A DNA stretch of 64,000 bases from Gemmatimonadota bacterium (GTDB lineage: Bacteria; Gemmatimonadota; Gemmatimonadetes; Palauibacterales; Palauibacteraceae), in the NCBI GenBank assembly GCA_963666735.1, contig OY762926.1, positions 288,001-352,000 of the forward strand, in the 5' to 3' direction. Below are positions 19,701-29,024 of this stretch, piece by piece. The position numbers were made by a program, and so were the translations under genes. The notes below the pieces were generated by a model. It did not search any database. It was not told the DNA's origin and worked only from the letters and a program-made list of their open reading frames with translations. Numbering within the stretch: the stretch's first letter is position 1; each line of letters starts with the position of its first letter.

Positions 19701-19981
19701 TTGAGGCGATCGAGGAGGAGATCGAGGAGATCCGCGACGAACTGGCGGACGCGCGCCGGAACGCAGGCGTCGCGAACGCCATCCAGGGTTCCTCCACGGT
19801 TCCGACCGCGGACCACCTGTGGCAGGTGGACGAAGTCTGGAACGTGATGCCGGAGTTGCTGGACCGGCTCAACGTCCTCATCGAAGCGCGCGTGCCGGCG
19901 CTGAACGCCCAGTTGTACGCGGAAGGCGTGCGGCCGTCCGCGGGCGAACCGATCGCCCTGCCGGACCGGCCGGGCGGCTGA
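16718..19981 (+). CDS. Secreted VPS10/BNR(Asp-box)-repeat glycosyl hydrolase-like protein
   Basis: Signal peptide, RELGPALMGGRI and many SxDGGxTW Asp-boxes. Acidic linker and C-terminal helical region. Confidence 0.9.
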   Translation: MKTARVVALSAAGLLFGASIGASAGAAQSALETAISRLEYRELGPALMGGRIADIAVVEAKPQIFYLGTATGGLWKTENHGTSWTPLFDDQPTSSIGDVTLHQANPNLVWVGTGEPQNRQSSPWGNGVYKSTDGGNTWMHMGLEATKHIARILIHPRNPDIVHVAAMGDLWGSNPERGVFRTTDGGESWEKVLYVDDHTGAIDLAMDPADPNTIFAAMYQRQRTGWGFNGGGPGSGLYRTVDGGDSWTEVTEGLPAGDKGRIGIDIYRQDGNLVYALVEADPRRPGQGFGGGGGGPRRGGIFRSTDRGETWEKMSDTNPRPMYYSQVRIDPSNPDRIYVLGTQLAISDDGGRTFRNDGAVQIHVDHHQLWINPEDPDHLILGSDGGVAASWDGAAHWRMFDNIALGQFYAIGFDMRTPYAVCGGLQDNDAWCGPSNTRSFHGIRNQDWYETAYGDGFFTIVDPTDSTIVYSESQGGNMNRYDLTTGEKIPMRPIVGPRADGDTTKAYRYNWNSPLLLSPHDPATVYLGANYLLRSRDYGMSWEEVGGLDLTKQIDREELEIMGVPGSEPQMSLNDGISNYGNLTAVEESPLVPGLIYAGTDDGNLQVSRDDGETWENVVDRIPGLPERTYVSRVEPSNHAEGRVYATFDGHRNGDYAAYAYVSEDYGQSWRAIANGLPDGWSVNVIVEHQRAPNLLFIGNEVGVFVSVDRGESWVQLKNNLPTVPVDDILVHPRENDLIVGTHGRSLYILADVAPLEALSEGMLAEAGGVFGDHSIMWTEKGDWPFYGATYSAPNPPRGARIRYYLRDAPEETMAEDDEEDDGEGEHEDGDDDEDGDGDGDGDGDAFALKIADASGVHVRTLEAPAEVGINEVIWDWRHDAPYEREGGGGPGGGGGFFFGGAPRGPIVLPGTYTVSMEAGGETFSAEVEVVAEPRRPMSRADRMARQDALLSLHAMAGPIYEAGQALDALEEQLSAAEELIEGADEAPEGLEEELEAIEEEIEEIRDELADARRNAGVANAIQGSSTVPTADHLWQVDEVWNVMPELLDRLNVLIEARVPALNAQLYAEGVRPSAGEPIALPDRPGG

Positions 19982-20042
19982 CGGGCGGCCGACCCCGGCC
20001 ACCGATAGATTGCGGCTCATGCAACACATGACGAGACGAGAC

Positions 20043-21473
20043 ATGAACTCACGCATCACCGGGCTGCCCGCGCCGTTGCTCGCCCTCGGGCTGGCCGTCG
20101 TCGCACTGTCGGCGTCTGACGGACCCGTGCCGCCGGGACTCGGCGCCGTCCTCGCCCCACCCGCGCCCGCCGTGCGGTCCGCGCAGTCGGCGGCCACGGT
20201 CGTTCGGGTGCCGATCTCCGGCACGATCGAACTCGGCGTGGCCCCGTTCGTGGCGCGCGCGCTCTCGGAAGCCGCGGAATCCGGGGCGCCCGCCGTGATC
20301 ATCGAACTCGACACGCCCGGAGGCCGGGTCGACGCGGCGTGGAAGATCATCGACGACCTGCGCGACGCGGAGGTCCCGACCTACGCCTACGTGAACCGCC
20401 GCGCCCTCTCGGCCGGCGCGATGATCGCGCTCGCCACCGACCGGATCTACATGCGGCCGGGCTCCACGCTGGGCGCCGCCACTCCGGTCACGGGCGAGGG
20501 CGAGAAGGCGTCGGAGAAGATGGTGAGCGCCATGCGCTCGGAGTTCCGGGCGCTGGCCGAGGAACGGGGACTCGATCCGCTGATTGCGGAGGCGATGGTG
20601 GACGAGAGCATCGAGGTCCCCGGGGTGAGCGAAGCCGGCCGGCTGCTCACCCTCACGACGGATGAAGCCACGGCGCTCGGGGTGGCGGACGCGGAGGTCC
20701 GGGACCTCATCGAACTCCTTGAGATCACGCGGCTCCCGGCCGCCCCCGTGCGAGAAATCCAGCCCAACTGGGCGGAAGCGATCGTGCGCTTCCTGACGAA
20801 CCCGGCGGTCGCGCCACTGCTTCTCAGCCTGGGTTTCCTCGGACTCATCGTGGAGGTCCGGACGCCGAGCTTCGGCGTGGCGGGGGCGGTCGGACTCGCC
20901 TCGCTGGCCGCGTTCTTCGGCGCGCACCACCTCGTGCACCTCGCCGGGATCGAGGAGATCCTCATCTTCGGCGCCGGGGTCGCGCTCATCGGGCTCGAGG
21001 TCCTCGTCATCCCCGGGTTCGGGATTGCGGGAATACTGGGGGCGGGTGCGATCCTCGGGGCGACCGTCATGGGGATGGTGGGCCAGGTCCCGACCTTCGA
21101 CCAGGTGTTCAACGCGGCGGGTCTCGTCTCTCTCTCCATCATTCTCGTGGGGGTCGCCACGTGGGCGCTTGTGCGGCACCTCCCCCGCAGCAACCGATTC
21201 TCCGGTCTTTTCCTGCGTGCCTCGACGAGCCGCGAGACGGGCTACCTTTCGATGCCCCCGCGTGAAGATCTGATCGGCGCGCTCGGCGTCACTTCGACCG
21301 ACTTGCGGCCCACCGGGGTCGCGATCGTGAAGGATGAGCGCATTCATGTCGTAACGGAGGGTCCGTGGCTCGAGGCCGGGACCCCGATACGCGTACTCGA
21401 GGTGGCGAGCGGCCGGATTCTCGTGCGCCGCGCCAAAGAGACGCCCGAATCCGAAAACAGGAACGAGGTCTGA
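20043..21473 (+). CDS. nfeD: NfeD family membrane-bound serine protease (long form)
   Basis: [19 protein letters not shown] and EKMVSAMR motifs, a TM block, and C-terminal TDLRPTG. Start uncertain. Confidence 0.9.
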   Translation: MNSRITGLPAPLLALGLAVVALSASDGPVPPGLGAVLAPPAPAVRSAQSAATVVRVPISGTIELGVAPFVARALSEAAESGAPAVIIELDTPGGRVDAAWKIIDDLRDAEVPTYAYVNRRALSAGAMIALATDRIYMRPGSTLGAATPVTGEGEKASEKMVSAMRSEFRALAEERGLDPLIAEAMVDESIEVPGVSEAGRLLTLTTDEATALGVADAEVRDLIELLEITRLPAAPVREIQPNWAEAIVRFLTNPAVAPLLLSLGFLGLIVEVRTPSFGVAGAVGLASLAAFFGAHHLVHLAGIEEILIFGAGVALIGLEVLVIPGFGIAGILGAGAILGATVMGMVGQVPTFDQVFNAAGLVSLSIILVGVATWALVRHLPRSNRFSGLFLRASTSRETGYLSMPPREDLIGALGVTSTDLRPTGVAIVKDERIHVVTEGPWLEAGTPIRVLEVASGRILVRRAKETPESENRNEV

Positions 21474-21475
21474 AT

Positions 21476-22462
21476 ATGCTGCAAGATCTTGCCGGAAGCG
21501 GCATCATCGCTCTCATTGTCGCCGCCCTCGGGCTTCTCATTCTGTCGTGGATCGTGCCGATCCGACTCTGGGTTACGGCGATCGCGTCGGGCGTTCGAGT
21601 GGGTCTCGGCAGTCTGGTGGGGATGCGCCTGAGAAAGATCCCTCCGCCGCGGATCGTTTATCCGCTCATCAGCTCGTACAAGGCGGGGCTCCCGCTCAAT
21701 ACGAACGAACTGGAATCGCACTTTCTGGCCGGCGGCGATGTCGAGCGGGTCGTGAACGCGCTCATTTCGGCGGACAAGGCGAGCATTGAGCTGCCGTTCC
21801 GGCAGGCCGCCGCGATCGACCTCGCGGGACGGGATGTGCTCGACGCGGTGCAGGTCTCCGTCAACCCGCGCGTCATCCAGACGCCGAAGGTCGCCGCGAT
21901 GGCCAAGGACGGGATCCAGCTTATCGCCACGGCGCGCGTGACGGTGCGGGCGAACATCAACCGCCTCGTCGGAGGCGCGGGGGAGGAGACGATCCTGGCC
22001 CGTGTCGGCGAGGGCATCGTGTCGACGATCGGGTCGGCCGCGTCTCACAAGGCGGTGCTCGAGAACCCGGACAACATCTCGAAAACGGTGCTTGCCAAGG
22101 GGCTCGACTCCGGGACCGCGTTCGAGATCCTCTCCATCGACATCGCCGATGTCGACGTCGGGAAGAACATCGGGGCCGAGCTGCAGACGGACCAGGCCGA
22201 GGCGGACAAGCGGATTGCGCAGGCGAAGGCCGAGGAGCGCCGGGCGATGGCGGTCGCGTCGGAGCAGGAGAACCGGGCGCTCGTCGAGCAGATGCAGGCC
22301 GAGGTCGTCAAGGCGGAGGCGGAGGTCCCCCTCGCGATGGCCGAAGCGTTCCGCGAGGGCAACCTCGGGATCATGGATTACATGAAGTACCGCAACATCC
22401 AGAGCGACACGCAGATGCGGAGGTCCATCGCGAAGCCGCCGGAGAGCGATAAGGACGGCTGA
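21476..22462 (+). CDS. floA: Flotillin-like protein FloA (YqfA)
   Basis: [44 protein letters not shown] and [15 protein letters not shown] motifs. Confidence 0.95.
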   Translation: MLQDLAGSGIIALIVAALGLLILSWIVPIRLWVTAIASGVRVGLGSLVGMRLRKIPPPRIVYPLISSYKAGLPLNTNELESHFLAGGDVERVVNALISADKASIELPFRQAAAIDLAGRDVLDAVQVSVNPRVIQTPKVAAMAKDGIQLIATARVTVRANINRLVGGAGEETILARVGEGIVSTIGSAASHKAVLENPDNISKTVLAKGLDSGTAFEILSIDIADVDVGKNIGAELQTDQAEADKRIAQAKAEERRAMAVASEQENRALVEQMQAEVVKAEAEVPLAMAEAFREGNLGIMDYMKYRNIQSDTQMRRSIAKPPESDKDG

Positions 22463-23082
22463 TGCCGGATATCGAGGGCGCGCTGCCCATCATCCTGCTG
22501 ATGATCTTCCTCTGGGTGCGGAGCATCGGCTCCGCGATGAAGAAGAATCGTCAGCGCCAGGAACAGGCGCTCGAGCGGGCCGGGGCGGAGCCCGAGCTCG
22601 AAGCGGAGTCCGGGTTCGGAGCCGAGCCGGCGCGCGTGCAGGCCACGGATCCCGCCGGGGCGGAGGCGGCGCGTCCGACGTTGCGCGAACAACTGCGCGA
22701 CATGGGTCGCCAGCTGGAGCAACAGATGCAGCAGGCGGCGGAGGAGGGACGGCCGGGGAGTCTCGTCGGGCATGTGGAGCCGGAGGAGGTTCCCGCGACT
22801 CCTCCCTTCCTGCGGCCGACCGCGGCAGTGCCGCCCCGGACCCCGTCTCCGGCGCCGGCGGCTGCCGTCCCCCGGACCGCCCGCACGCCGGGGCGGCGCA
22901 CGCCTCCCCCCATGTCGCCGATCGCCGGCGCGCAGTCCCCGAGCGCCGGCGCCGGGCGCAAAGCCCCGCTGGAGCGCCTCGAACGCTATCCCGCGCTTGC
23001 GAGGGCCGTGATCCTGTCAGAGATCCTCGGGACCCCGCCGGGCCTGACCGACCGCGAAGGACCGCCGGCGCCACGGGGGTAG
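22462..23082 (+). CDS. Hypothetical membrane-anchored protein, third gene of nfeD-floA operon
   Basis: N-terminal TM, Pro-rich linker and C-terminal LARAVILSEILGxP motif. TGATG overlap with floA. Confidence 0.75.
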   Translation: MPDIEGALPIILLMIFLWVRSIGSAMKKNRQRQEQALERAGAEPELEAESGFGAEPARVQATDPAGAEAARPTLREQLRDMGRQLEQQMQQAAEEGRPGSLVGHVEPEEVPATPPFLRPTAAVPPRTPSPAPAAAVPRTARTPGRRTPPPMSPIAGAQSPSAGAGRKAPLERLERYPALARAVILSEILGTPPGLTDREGPPAPRG

Positions 23083-23124
23083 CGGGCACCGGCGGCCGGA
23101 CGGGCGGACCCGCTACATGCCGTG

Positions 23125-23892
23125 CTACATGCTGTGCAGGGCGAATCCCGCGCCCTGCGGGTCGATCCCGTGCAGGATGTGCCCGCTCTCGCCCGGGATC
23201 TTGAGCGGCGGCGTCACGATCGTGCCCCCGAGGTCCTCGATCACCTTCACGGAGGCGTGTACGTCGGGGACGGACATGTAGAGGAACCAGCACGGGGGCG
23301 GCATGTCTTCGGTCCGCGTCATCATCCCCCCGAATTCCTTCCCCTCGCGGCCGTACATCTGGTAGATGCCGTGCTCTCCCATGTCCATCTGCGTCGTCTT
23401 CTCCCAGCCGAAGAGGTCGGAGTAGAACGACCAGGCGGCCTCCCGGTCCGCCGAGATCAGTTCGTGCCAGGAGCATTCGCCGACCGCCGGCGGGCCGTCG
23501 TGTCCGGGGGTGGCGTCGGATGGCTCATACGCCGTGAACACCGCGCCTCCGGGATCGCCCAGCACCGCGAGGCGTCCGACTTCGGGGATCTCCATCCGGT
23601 GGTGTACCGTGCCCCCGAGCCGGGCGGCCTTCTCCGCCGTCGCGTCGACATCGGGCGTCGAGATGTAGGGCAGCCAGTGGGGCGGCACCCCGCCGGCCCG
23701 GGCATCGGGGGGCAGCTCCATCACGCCGCCGATGGGAGTGCCGTCGTTGTTCCAGGTGATGTACGGCGGCCCCTCTCCCTGCCACGCGCCGGTTTCCCAG
23801 CCGACGACACCCCGGTAAAAGTCCTGCGCGCCTTCGAGGTCGGTGGTAAGAAGCTCGTACCAGCAGAATCGGCCGAGTGGTGTCTCGGACAT
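23125..23892 (-). CDS. Two-domain VOC/glyoxalase family protein
   Basis: GRFCWYELLTTD...FY...VGW...WLPYI...DPGGAVF, repeated in the second half. Confidence 0.9.
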   Translation of the reverse strand: MSETPLGRFCWYELLTTDLEGAQDFYRGVVGWETGAWQGEGPPYITWNNDGTPIGGVMELPPDARAGGVPPHWLPYISTPDVDATAEKAARLGGTVHHRMEIPEVGRLAVLGDPGGAVFTAYEPSDATPGHDGPPAVGECSWHELISADREAAWSFYSDLFGWEKTTQMDMGEHGIYQMYGREGKEFGGMMTRTEDMPPPCWFLYMSVPDVHASVKVIEDLGGTIVTPPLKIPGESGHILHGIDPQGAGFALHSM

Positions 23893-23961
23893 GTGCAGCC
23901 TCCGGAATGTTCGCGGTTTTCGAACTGCGGTTGGTCGTGACGGGTCGTGAAGCCGGGAATC

Positions 23962-24276
23962 CTATCCGTTGGCGGGGTGATCGTCGAGGAAGGGTGACTT
24001 CTTCTTCGGGGGAAGCGGAATGTCGCCGAAGGGAGATACTTGGGGAGCGTCTCCCGCTCGCCCCGCCTGGCCTGCCACCCTCGTGCCGGTACCGAGGATC
24101 GTCTGCAGTTCGCGCTCGCTGAGTTCGAAGGGGTCGTCGCCCGCGTAGAGCGGCGGGCGGGCGCGGCGGGGGGCGCGGGGGTTCCCCGGGACGGGTTCGA
24201 AGCGCCACTCGTGCTTCGAGGAGACGCGCACTGCCCAGCGCGTCCCGTCACGGTCGGCAAACTTCCGGTGGCTCAC
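23962..24276 (-). CDS. Small hypothetical protein (104 aa)
   Basis: GTG start overlaps the transporter stop: VSHRKFADRDGTRWAVRV...DPFELSERELQTIL... Confidence 0.65.
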   Translation of the reverse strand: MSHRKFADRDGTRWAVRVSSKHEWRFEPVPGNPRAPRRARPPLYAGDDPFELSERELQTILGTGTRVAGQAGRAGDAPQVSPFGDIPLPPKKKSPFLDDHPANG

Positions 24277-25865
24277 AAACTCTTGTCGGAGATGAGCCGC
24301 TTCACCCACGGAGCGGCGACCAGCCCCACGATGCCGACGGCGCCGATGATCATGGCGATGTTCTGGAAGAGCGGTGCCGGCGCAAGGTCTGCCAGCCGCC
24401 CGGCCACCAGCCCGGCGAACAGGTTGCCCAGCGCCGCACCGACGAACCACACCCCCATCATCTGACCGACCCGGTTCGCCGGCGAAAGCTTGGTGATGGC
24501 GGACAGCCCGATTGGCGAGATGCAGAGTTCGCCGACGGTGTGGAAGAAGTACGTCACCACCAGCCACGAGGGACTCACCAGGTTGTCGACGGTGGCGTTG
24601 GCCGCGCCCCAGGCCAGCACGAAGAACCCGATGGTCAGCCCGACCAGCCCCATCCCCGCCTTCATGGGAATCGACGGGTTGCGGTTGCGTCGCTCCAGCC
24701 ACACCCACAGCGCCCCGAAGACGGGCGCGAGCAGGATGATGAAGAAGGAGTTCACCGACTGCAGGAAGCCCGCCGGCATGAGCCAGCCGAGGATGTTGCG
24801 GTCGGTGTAGTCGCGGCCGAAGAGGTTGAGTGAGGATCCGGCCTGCTCGAAGCCCGACCAGAAGACGGCGATCAGCAGGAAGAGCCAGAAGATCACGCCC
24901 AGGCGCCGGTTCTCTTCCGGCGAGTGGCCTCCCATCGTCCACAGGTAGACGAAATAGGCCGCAATGATCACCGCCACCCCGTAGCCCAGAACCGTCGCGA
25001 TTCCGGTCAGGGATACGGGGATCACGCCGCTCGAGACCAGGTAACCGAAGGCCACGACCGCCAGGACCACGGCGAAGAAGCCGCCGAAGAATCTGCGCGA
25101 CCTGGCCGCGACCCGTGCCGCGCTGTCGGACGTCTTCAGGAGACCCGCGTCGCCCAGCAGGTGGGCGCGGCTTCGGTACTGGATCAAGCCCAGAGCCATG
25201 CCCACGCCGGCCGCGCCGAAGCCCCAGTGCCAGTTGTAGCTCTCTGCGAGGAAGCTCGTCACCAGCGGTCCGAGCAGCGCCCCGAGGTTGATCCCCATGT
25301 AGAAGATGGAGAAGCCCGCGTCCCGTCTCGCGCCCCCTTCGGGATAGAGGTCGCCCACGACGGTGCTGACGTTGGGCTTGAGCAGCCCCGTACCGAGGAT
25401 GACGAAGACGAGTCCCAGGAAGAAGGCGAAGGTGCTTGGAACCGCCATCGTGAAGTGGCCGAGGGCGATGATCCAGCCTCCGACCCATACCGCCTTGCGC
25501 TGCCCCCAGAGGTTGTCGGCGATCCATCCGCCGGGGAGCGCCATGATGTAGACCAGGCTCGTGTACAGCCCGTAGATCGCGGCGGCGGTCCCCACATCCA
25601 GCCCCATGCCGGGGTTGGCGACCTCGGATCCGTCGCCCCGCAGGATCACGTTCGTCGTCGCCGTCGTCATGTAGAGCGCGAGCAGCGCCCGCATCCCGTA
25701 GTACGAGAATCGCTCCCACATCTCCGTGAAGAAGAGGGTGGAGAGCCCGGCGGGATGCCCGAACCAGGACCGTTGCGCGGACGCTGCGGACGGGGAGGCG
25801 GACGGCGTCGTGGATTCGTTCAGTGGTCCGGACTCCTTGCCTGGGAACACGCTCTGGCGGCGCAC
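24273..25865 (-). CDS. POT-family proton-dependent di/tripeptide MFS transporter
   Basis: FFTEMWERFSYYGMRA, GTGLLKPN, FSIFYMGINLG and GELCISPIGLS motifs. Start uncertain. Confidence 0.95.
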   Translation of the reverse strand: MRRQSVFPGKESGPLNESTTPSASPSAASAQRSWFGHPAGLSTLFFTEMWERFSYYGMRALLALYMTTATTNVILRGDGSEVANPGMGLDVGTAAAIYGLYTSLVYIMALPGGWIADNLWGQRKAVWVGGWIIALGHFTMAVPSTFAFFLGLVFVILGTGLLKPNVSTVVGDLYPEGGARRDAGFSIFYMGINLGALLGPLVTSFLAESYNWHWGFGAAGVGMALGLIQYRSRAHLLGDAGLLKTSDSAARVAARSRRFFGGFFAVVLAVVAFGYLVSSGVIPVSLTGIATVLGYGVAVIIAAYFVYLWTMGGHSPEENRRLGVIFWLFLLIAVFWSGFEQAGSSLNLFGRDYTDRNILGWLMPAGFLQSVNSFFIILLAPVFGALWVWLERRNRNPSIPMKAGMGLVGLTIGFFVLAWGAANATVDNLVSPSWLVVTYFFHTVGELCISPIGLSAITKLSPANRVGQMMGVWFVGAALGNLFAGLVAGRLADLAPAPLFQNIAMIIGAVGIVGLVAAPWVKRLISDKSL

Positions 25866-25938
25866 GACCGGACCCGGGAACCCATGCCGAGGCGGCTCCG
25901 CACGGCGAGCCCGGCCTCATGGATCGAGCCTCGAAGGT

Positions 25939-25967
25939 AGTATAGCGCCGTACGGGTCAGCGACCAA
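25939..25967 (-). promoter_or_regulatory. Putative sigma70 promoter of the POT transporter
   Basis: Minus strand TTGGTC-17 bp-TATACT. Confidence 0.5.
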
Positions 25968-26730
25968 TCCTCGCTGCCGATGTCCTGTTCCCGTCCTTCC
26001 GAATGAGGATCGCGGTCCCTGCAAGGGCGATGATGGCGAAGGAGAACCACTGGATCGCATAGGAGAGGTGCGGTCCCGAATCCGTCTCGATCTCTCTGGC
26101 GGGGCGGAGTGCGGCGTCCGGAGGCGGATCGTCCGCCCGCAGCACGTGAGGGGAGGGATCGAGGGTGGACTCCTCCCGGATCAGGGCGAGATCGAGGCCC
26201 GCGATGGCCAGGTGCCGTGCGCCGCCGACCTCGATCTGGAGGGGCTGGCCGCCCCGCCCGTCGCGGGAGGAGACGAAGACGCCGTCGACCCGCGCCGGGG
26301 CGTCGGCATCCGCGGAGGCTGCCGGCGCGTTGGTCCAGCCGGCCGACAGGACCGGGCGCAGGCCGTCGGGCGCGGGTAGCCAGCCGCGCAGGACCATCAC
26401 GACCTGCCCGGCGTCGCCGCCGACGAGGAGCGGGGTCAGCACCTCCGCGCCGGCCCGCCCGTCCAGGGTGCGGCTCCGGATGACGACCTCGCCGGCCCGG
26501 TCCCAGCGGCCGGTGAGCCGCGCGCGGCGGCCGATGAGGCCCGCCGTGTCGGACGGCACGTCGCCGGGGCCGCTCCACTCGAGTCGCGGGGCCTCGGCGC
26601 GGACCGCGCGCCCGCGCACCCCGGCACTCCGCTCGCCATGCCGGTCCAGCTGCCAGAACCCGAGGCGCACGAAGAGCGCGCCCAGGCCGATCGCGACGAT
26701 GCAGAGCAGGATCTTGCGGGTGGAAGTCAT
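25957..26730 (-). CDS. SURF1 family protein
   Basis: LGFWQLDR, VLTPL, VLRGWLP and HLSYAIQWFSFA motifs. Confidence 0.9.
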   Translation of the reverse strand: MTSTRKILLCIVAIGLGALFVRLGFWQLDRHGERSAGVRGRAVRAEAPRLEWSGPGDVPSDTAGLIGRRARLTGRWDRAGEVVIRSRTLDGRAGAEVLTPLLVGGDAGQVVMVLRGWLPAPDGLRPVLSAGWTNAPAASADADAPARVDGVFVSSRDGRGGQPLQIEVGGARHLAIAGLDLALIREESTLDPSPHVLRADDPPPDAALRPAREIETDSGPHLSYAIQWFSFAIIALAGTAILIRKDGNRTSAARIGR

Positions 26731-26891
26731 GGAGCAACGAGTTTATGGGATCACACCGGCGGGCGCAGCCGTCCGAGGTGGCGACCGCACGCTGCAACCT
26801 TCTTGCCGCGCCGTGGCCGGTTCGCCGATCTTCCCGCTCCCGTTATGGGCGGCCAACGCCGCCCGCCCGCATCCGCCGGAAGGACGCCGCG

Positions 26892-29024
26892 ATGATCTTC
26901 CACAGCCCGCATCCCCCGATCACCGTCCCGGAGCAGTCGTTCTCCGACTATCTCCTGGGCTCTCTCGGCGATCGTCGGGACAAGCCCGCCTTCATCGAAG
27001 GGCCTACCGGACGCGTGGCCACATACGGGCAACTTCGCGACCAGGCACGCGCCGGCGCCCGGGGACTCGCGGCACGCGGACTCGGGCGCGGCGGCGTCGT
27101 CGCCATCTGCAGTCCGAACCTCCCGGAGTACGCGACGGCGTTCCTCGCGGTCGGCATGGCCGGTGGCTGCAGCACGACGCTGAACCCGCTCGGTACCGAC
27201 GACGAACTCGTCTCGCAGTTGAGCGATTCGGGCGCCCGCTGGTTCATCACCGTCCCCCCGCTCGTCGATCGCGCGCGAGCCGTCGCGGCACGGACGGGGA
27301 TCGAAGAGATCCTCGTGTTCGGAGAGGCCGGGGGCGCCACCGCCTTCGCCGACCTCATCGGAGACGGAATGGGTATGGATGCGGAATCGGCGGACATCCC
27401 CAACCCCGGAGAGGATCTCCTCACACTCCCTTATTCGAGCGGAACGACGGGTGTTTCCAAGGGAGTGATGCTCACGCACCGGAATCTCGTCGCGAACATC
27501 GAGCAGTTCAGCGCCATCGGCCTCGTGGAGGCCGACGATGTCGTACTCGCCGTCCTCCCCTTCTTCCACATCTACGGGATGGTCGTCGTCATGAGCGGCG
27601 CCCTGAAGGCGGGCGCGACGGTCGTCACCATGCCCCGCTTCGATCTCGAGGAGTTCCTGGGGGCGATTCAGCAATATCGGGCCACCTGTCTCTACCTCGT
27701 TCCGCCCATCGTGCTCGGACTCGCCAAGCACCCCGCGGTCGATCGCTTCGACCTCTCGTCCGTAAACTGGATCATGTCCGGGGCGGCCCCGCTGGGAGAG
27801 GAAACCGCCGTCGCCTGCCAGAAGCGGATCGGCTGCCGCGTGTTCCAGGGCTACGGTCTCACGGAGGCAAGTCCAGTGACTCACGTCTGTTACGGGGAGA
27901 ACGTCGATGCGGACAAGATCGGGACGATCGGTCCCGTGATCCCGAGCACCGAGATGATGATCGTCGACCTCGAGTCGGGCGCGCCGCTGGGACCCGGCGA
28001 GGAGGGAGAGGTGTGGGTCCGCGGGCCGCAGGTGATGAAAGGCTACCTCAACAATCCGGAGGCCACCGCCGACACCATCGACGCCGACGGATGGCTTCAT
28101 ACGGGGGACGTGGGGCGGGCGGACGAGGATGGCTACGTCACGATCGTCGACCGGGCCAAGGAACTCATCAAGTACAAGGGTTACCAGGTGGCGCCCGCCG
28201 AACTCGAAGACCTCCTGCTCGCGCATCCGGCGGTGGCCGATGTCGCGGTCATCCCCGTCGCGGATGAGGAGGCGGGGGAGATTCCCAAGGCGTGCGTCGT
28301 GCGATCGGGCGACGTGACGGGCGAGGACATCGTGCAGTACGTGGCCGCGCGGGTGGCGCCGCAGAAGAAGATCCGCGCCGTCGAGTTCCTGGACGAGATC
28401 CCGAAGTCCGCTTCCGGGAAGATCCTGCGTCGCTTCCTCGTGGAGCGGGAGCGGGCCCGGGCGGCGACAGAACAGGGACCGGCCGGCGGGGCGGGTGACG
28501 TGAGCGAGGCGCTTCAGGAGAGGTACGCCCCCGAGTCCATCTGCTTCGGGTGCGGCCACGCGAACCCGGAAGGGCTCCGGCTGCGCAGCTTTCCCTCCGG
28601 GGACCGTGGGGGCGCCGCAGGGGAAGATGCAGGTGAAGATGCAGGGGACGACGGAGACGCGAGCTACGAGGTGGTGGCGGAATGGACGCCCGGCCCGAAC
28701 CACCGGTCGTTCCCGGGAATCCTGAACGGCGGCATCATCGGGACGCTCCTCGACTGCCAGTGCAACTGGTGCGCGGCGCACTATTTCATGCGGACGCGCG
28801 GCGTGGATCATCCACCCGTCACGGTGACGGCCGAGTACACGGTCCGGCTCATGAAGCCGACACCCTCCGACGCGCCCGTCGAACTCCGCGCCCGGATCGC
28901 CGAAGCGGGCGAACGGAAGGTGCGCGTCGAAGCGGAGTTGCTTTCCGGAGGCGAGCGGACGGCCACGTGCACGGGGACATTCGTCGCCATTGCGGAAGGA
29001 CATCCGGCTCATGGAACGAGGTAA
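26892..29024 (+). CDS. 4-coumarate-CoA-ligase-like AMP-binding enzyme fused in frame to a PaaI/hotdog thioesterase
   Basis: LPYSSGTTGVSKG, QGYGLTE, WLHTGD and PKSASGKILR, followed by CFGCGHANPEGL...GILNGGIIGTLLD from GTG 28500 with no intervening stop. Confidence 0.85.
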   Translation: MIFHSPHPPITVPEQSFSDYLLGSLGDRRDKPAFIEGPTGRVATYGQLRDQARAGARGLAARGLGRGGVVAICSPNLPEYATAFLAVGMAGGCSTTLNPLGTDDELVSQLSDSGARWFITVPPLVDRARAVAARTGIEEILVFGEAGGATAFADLIGDGMGMDAESADIPNPGEDLLTLPYSSGTTGVSKGVMLTHRNLVANIEQFSAIGLVEADDVVLAVLPFFHIYGMVVVMSGALKAGATVVTMPRFDLEEFLGAIQQYRATCLYLVPPIVLGLAKHPAVDRFDLSSVNWIMSGAAPLGEETAVACQKRIGCRVFQGYGLTEASPVTHVCYGENVDADKIGTIGPVIPSTEMMIVDLESGAPLGPGEEGEVWVRGPQVMKGYLNNPEATADTIDADGWLHTGDVGRADEDGYVTIVDRAKELIKYKGYQVAPAELEDLLLAHPAVADVAVIPVADEEAGEIPKACVVRSGDVTGEDIVQYVAARVAPQKKIRAVEFLDEIPKSASGKILRRFLVERERARAATEQGPAGGAGDVSEALQERYAPESICFGCGHANPEGLRLRSFPSGDRGGAAGEDAGEDAGDDGDASYEVVAEWTPGPNHRSFPGILNGGIIGTLLDCQCNWCAAHYFMRTRGVDHPPVTVTAEYTVRLMKPTPSDAPVELRARIAEAGERKVRVEAELLSGGERTATCTGTFVAIAEGHPAHGTR

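Noticed and set aside
16691..20350. Very long antisense ORFs (also 2916..5408, 26751..29012, 28849..31122, 33385..35553, 41741..43669, 62033..63925)
   Set aside because: These are shadow frames of well-supported genes in GC-rich DNA, with no motifs.
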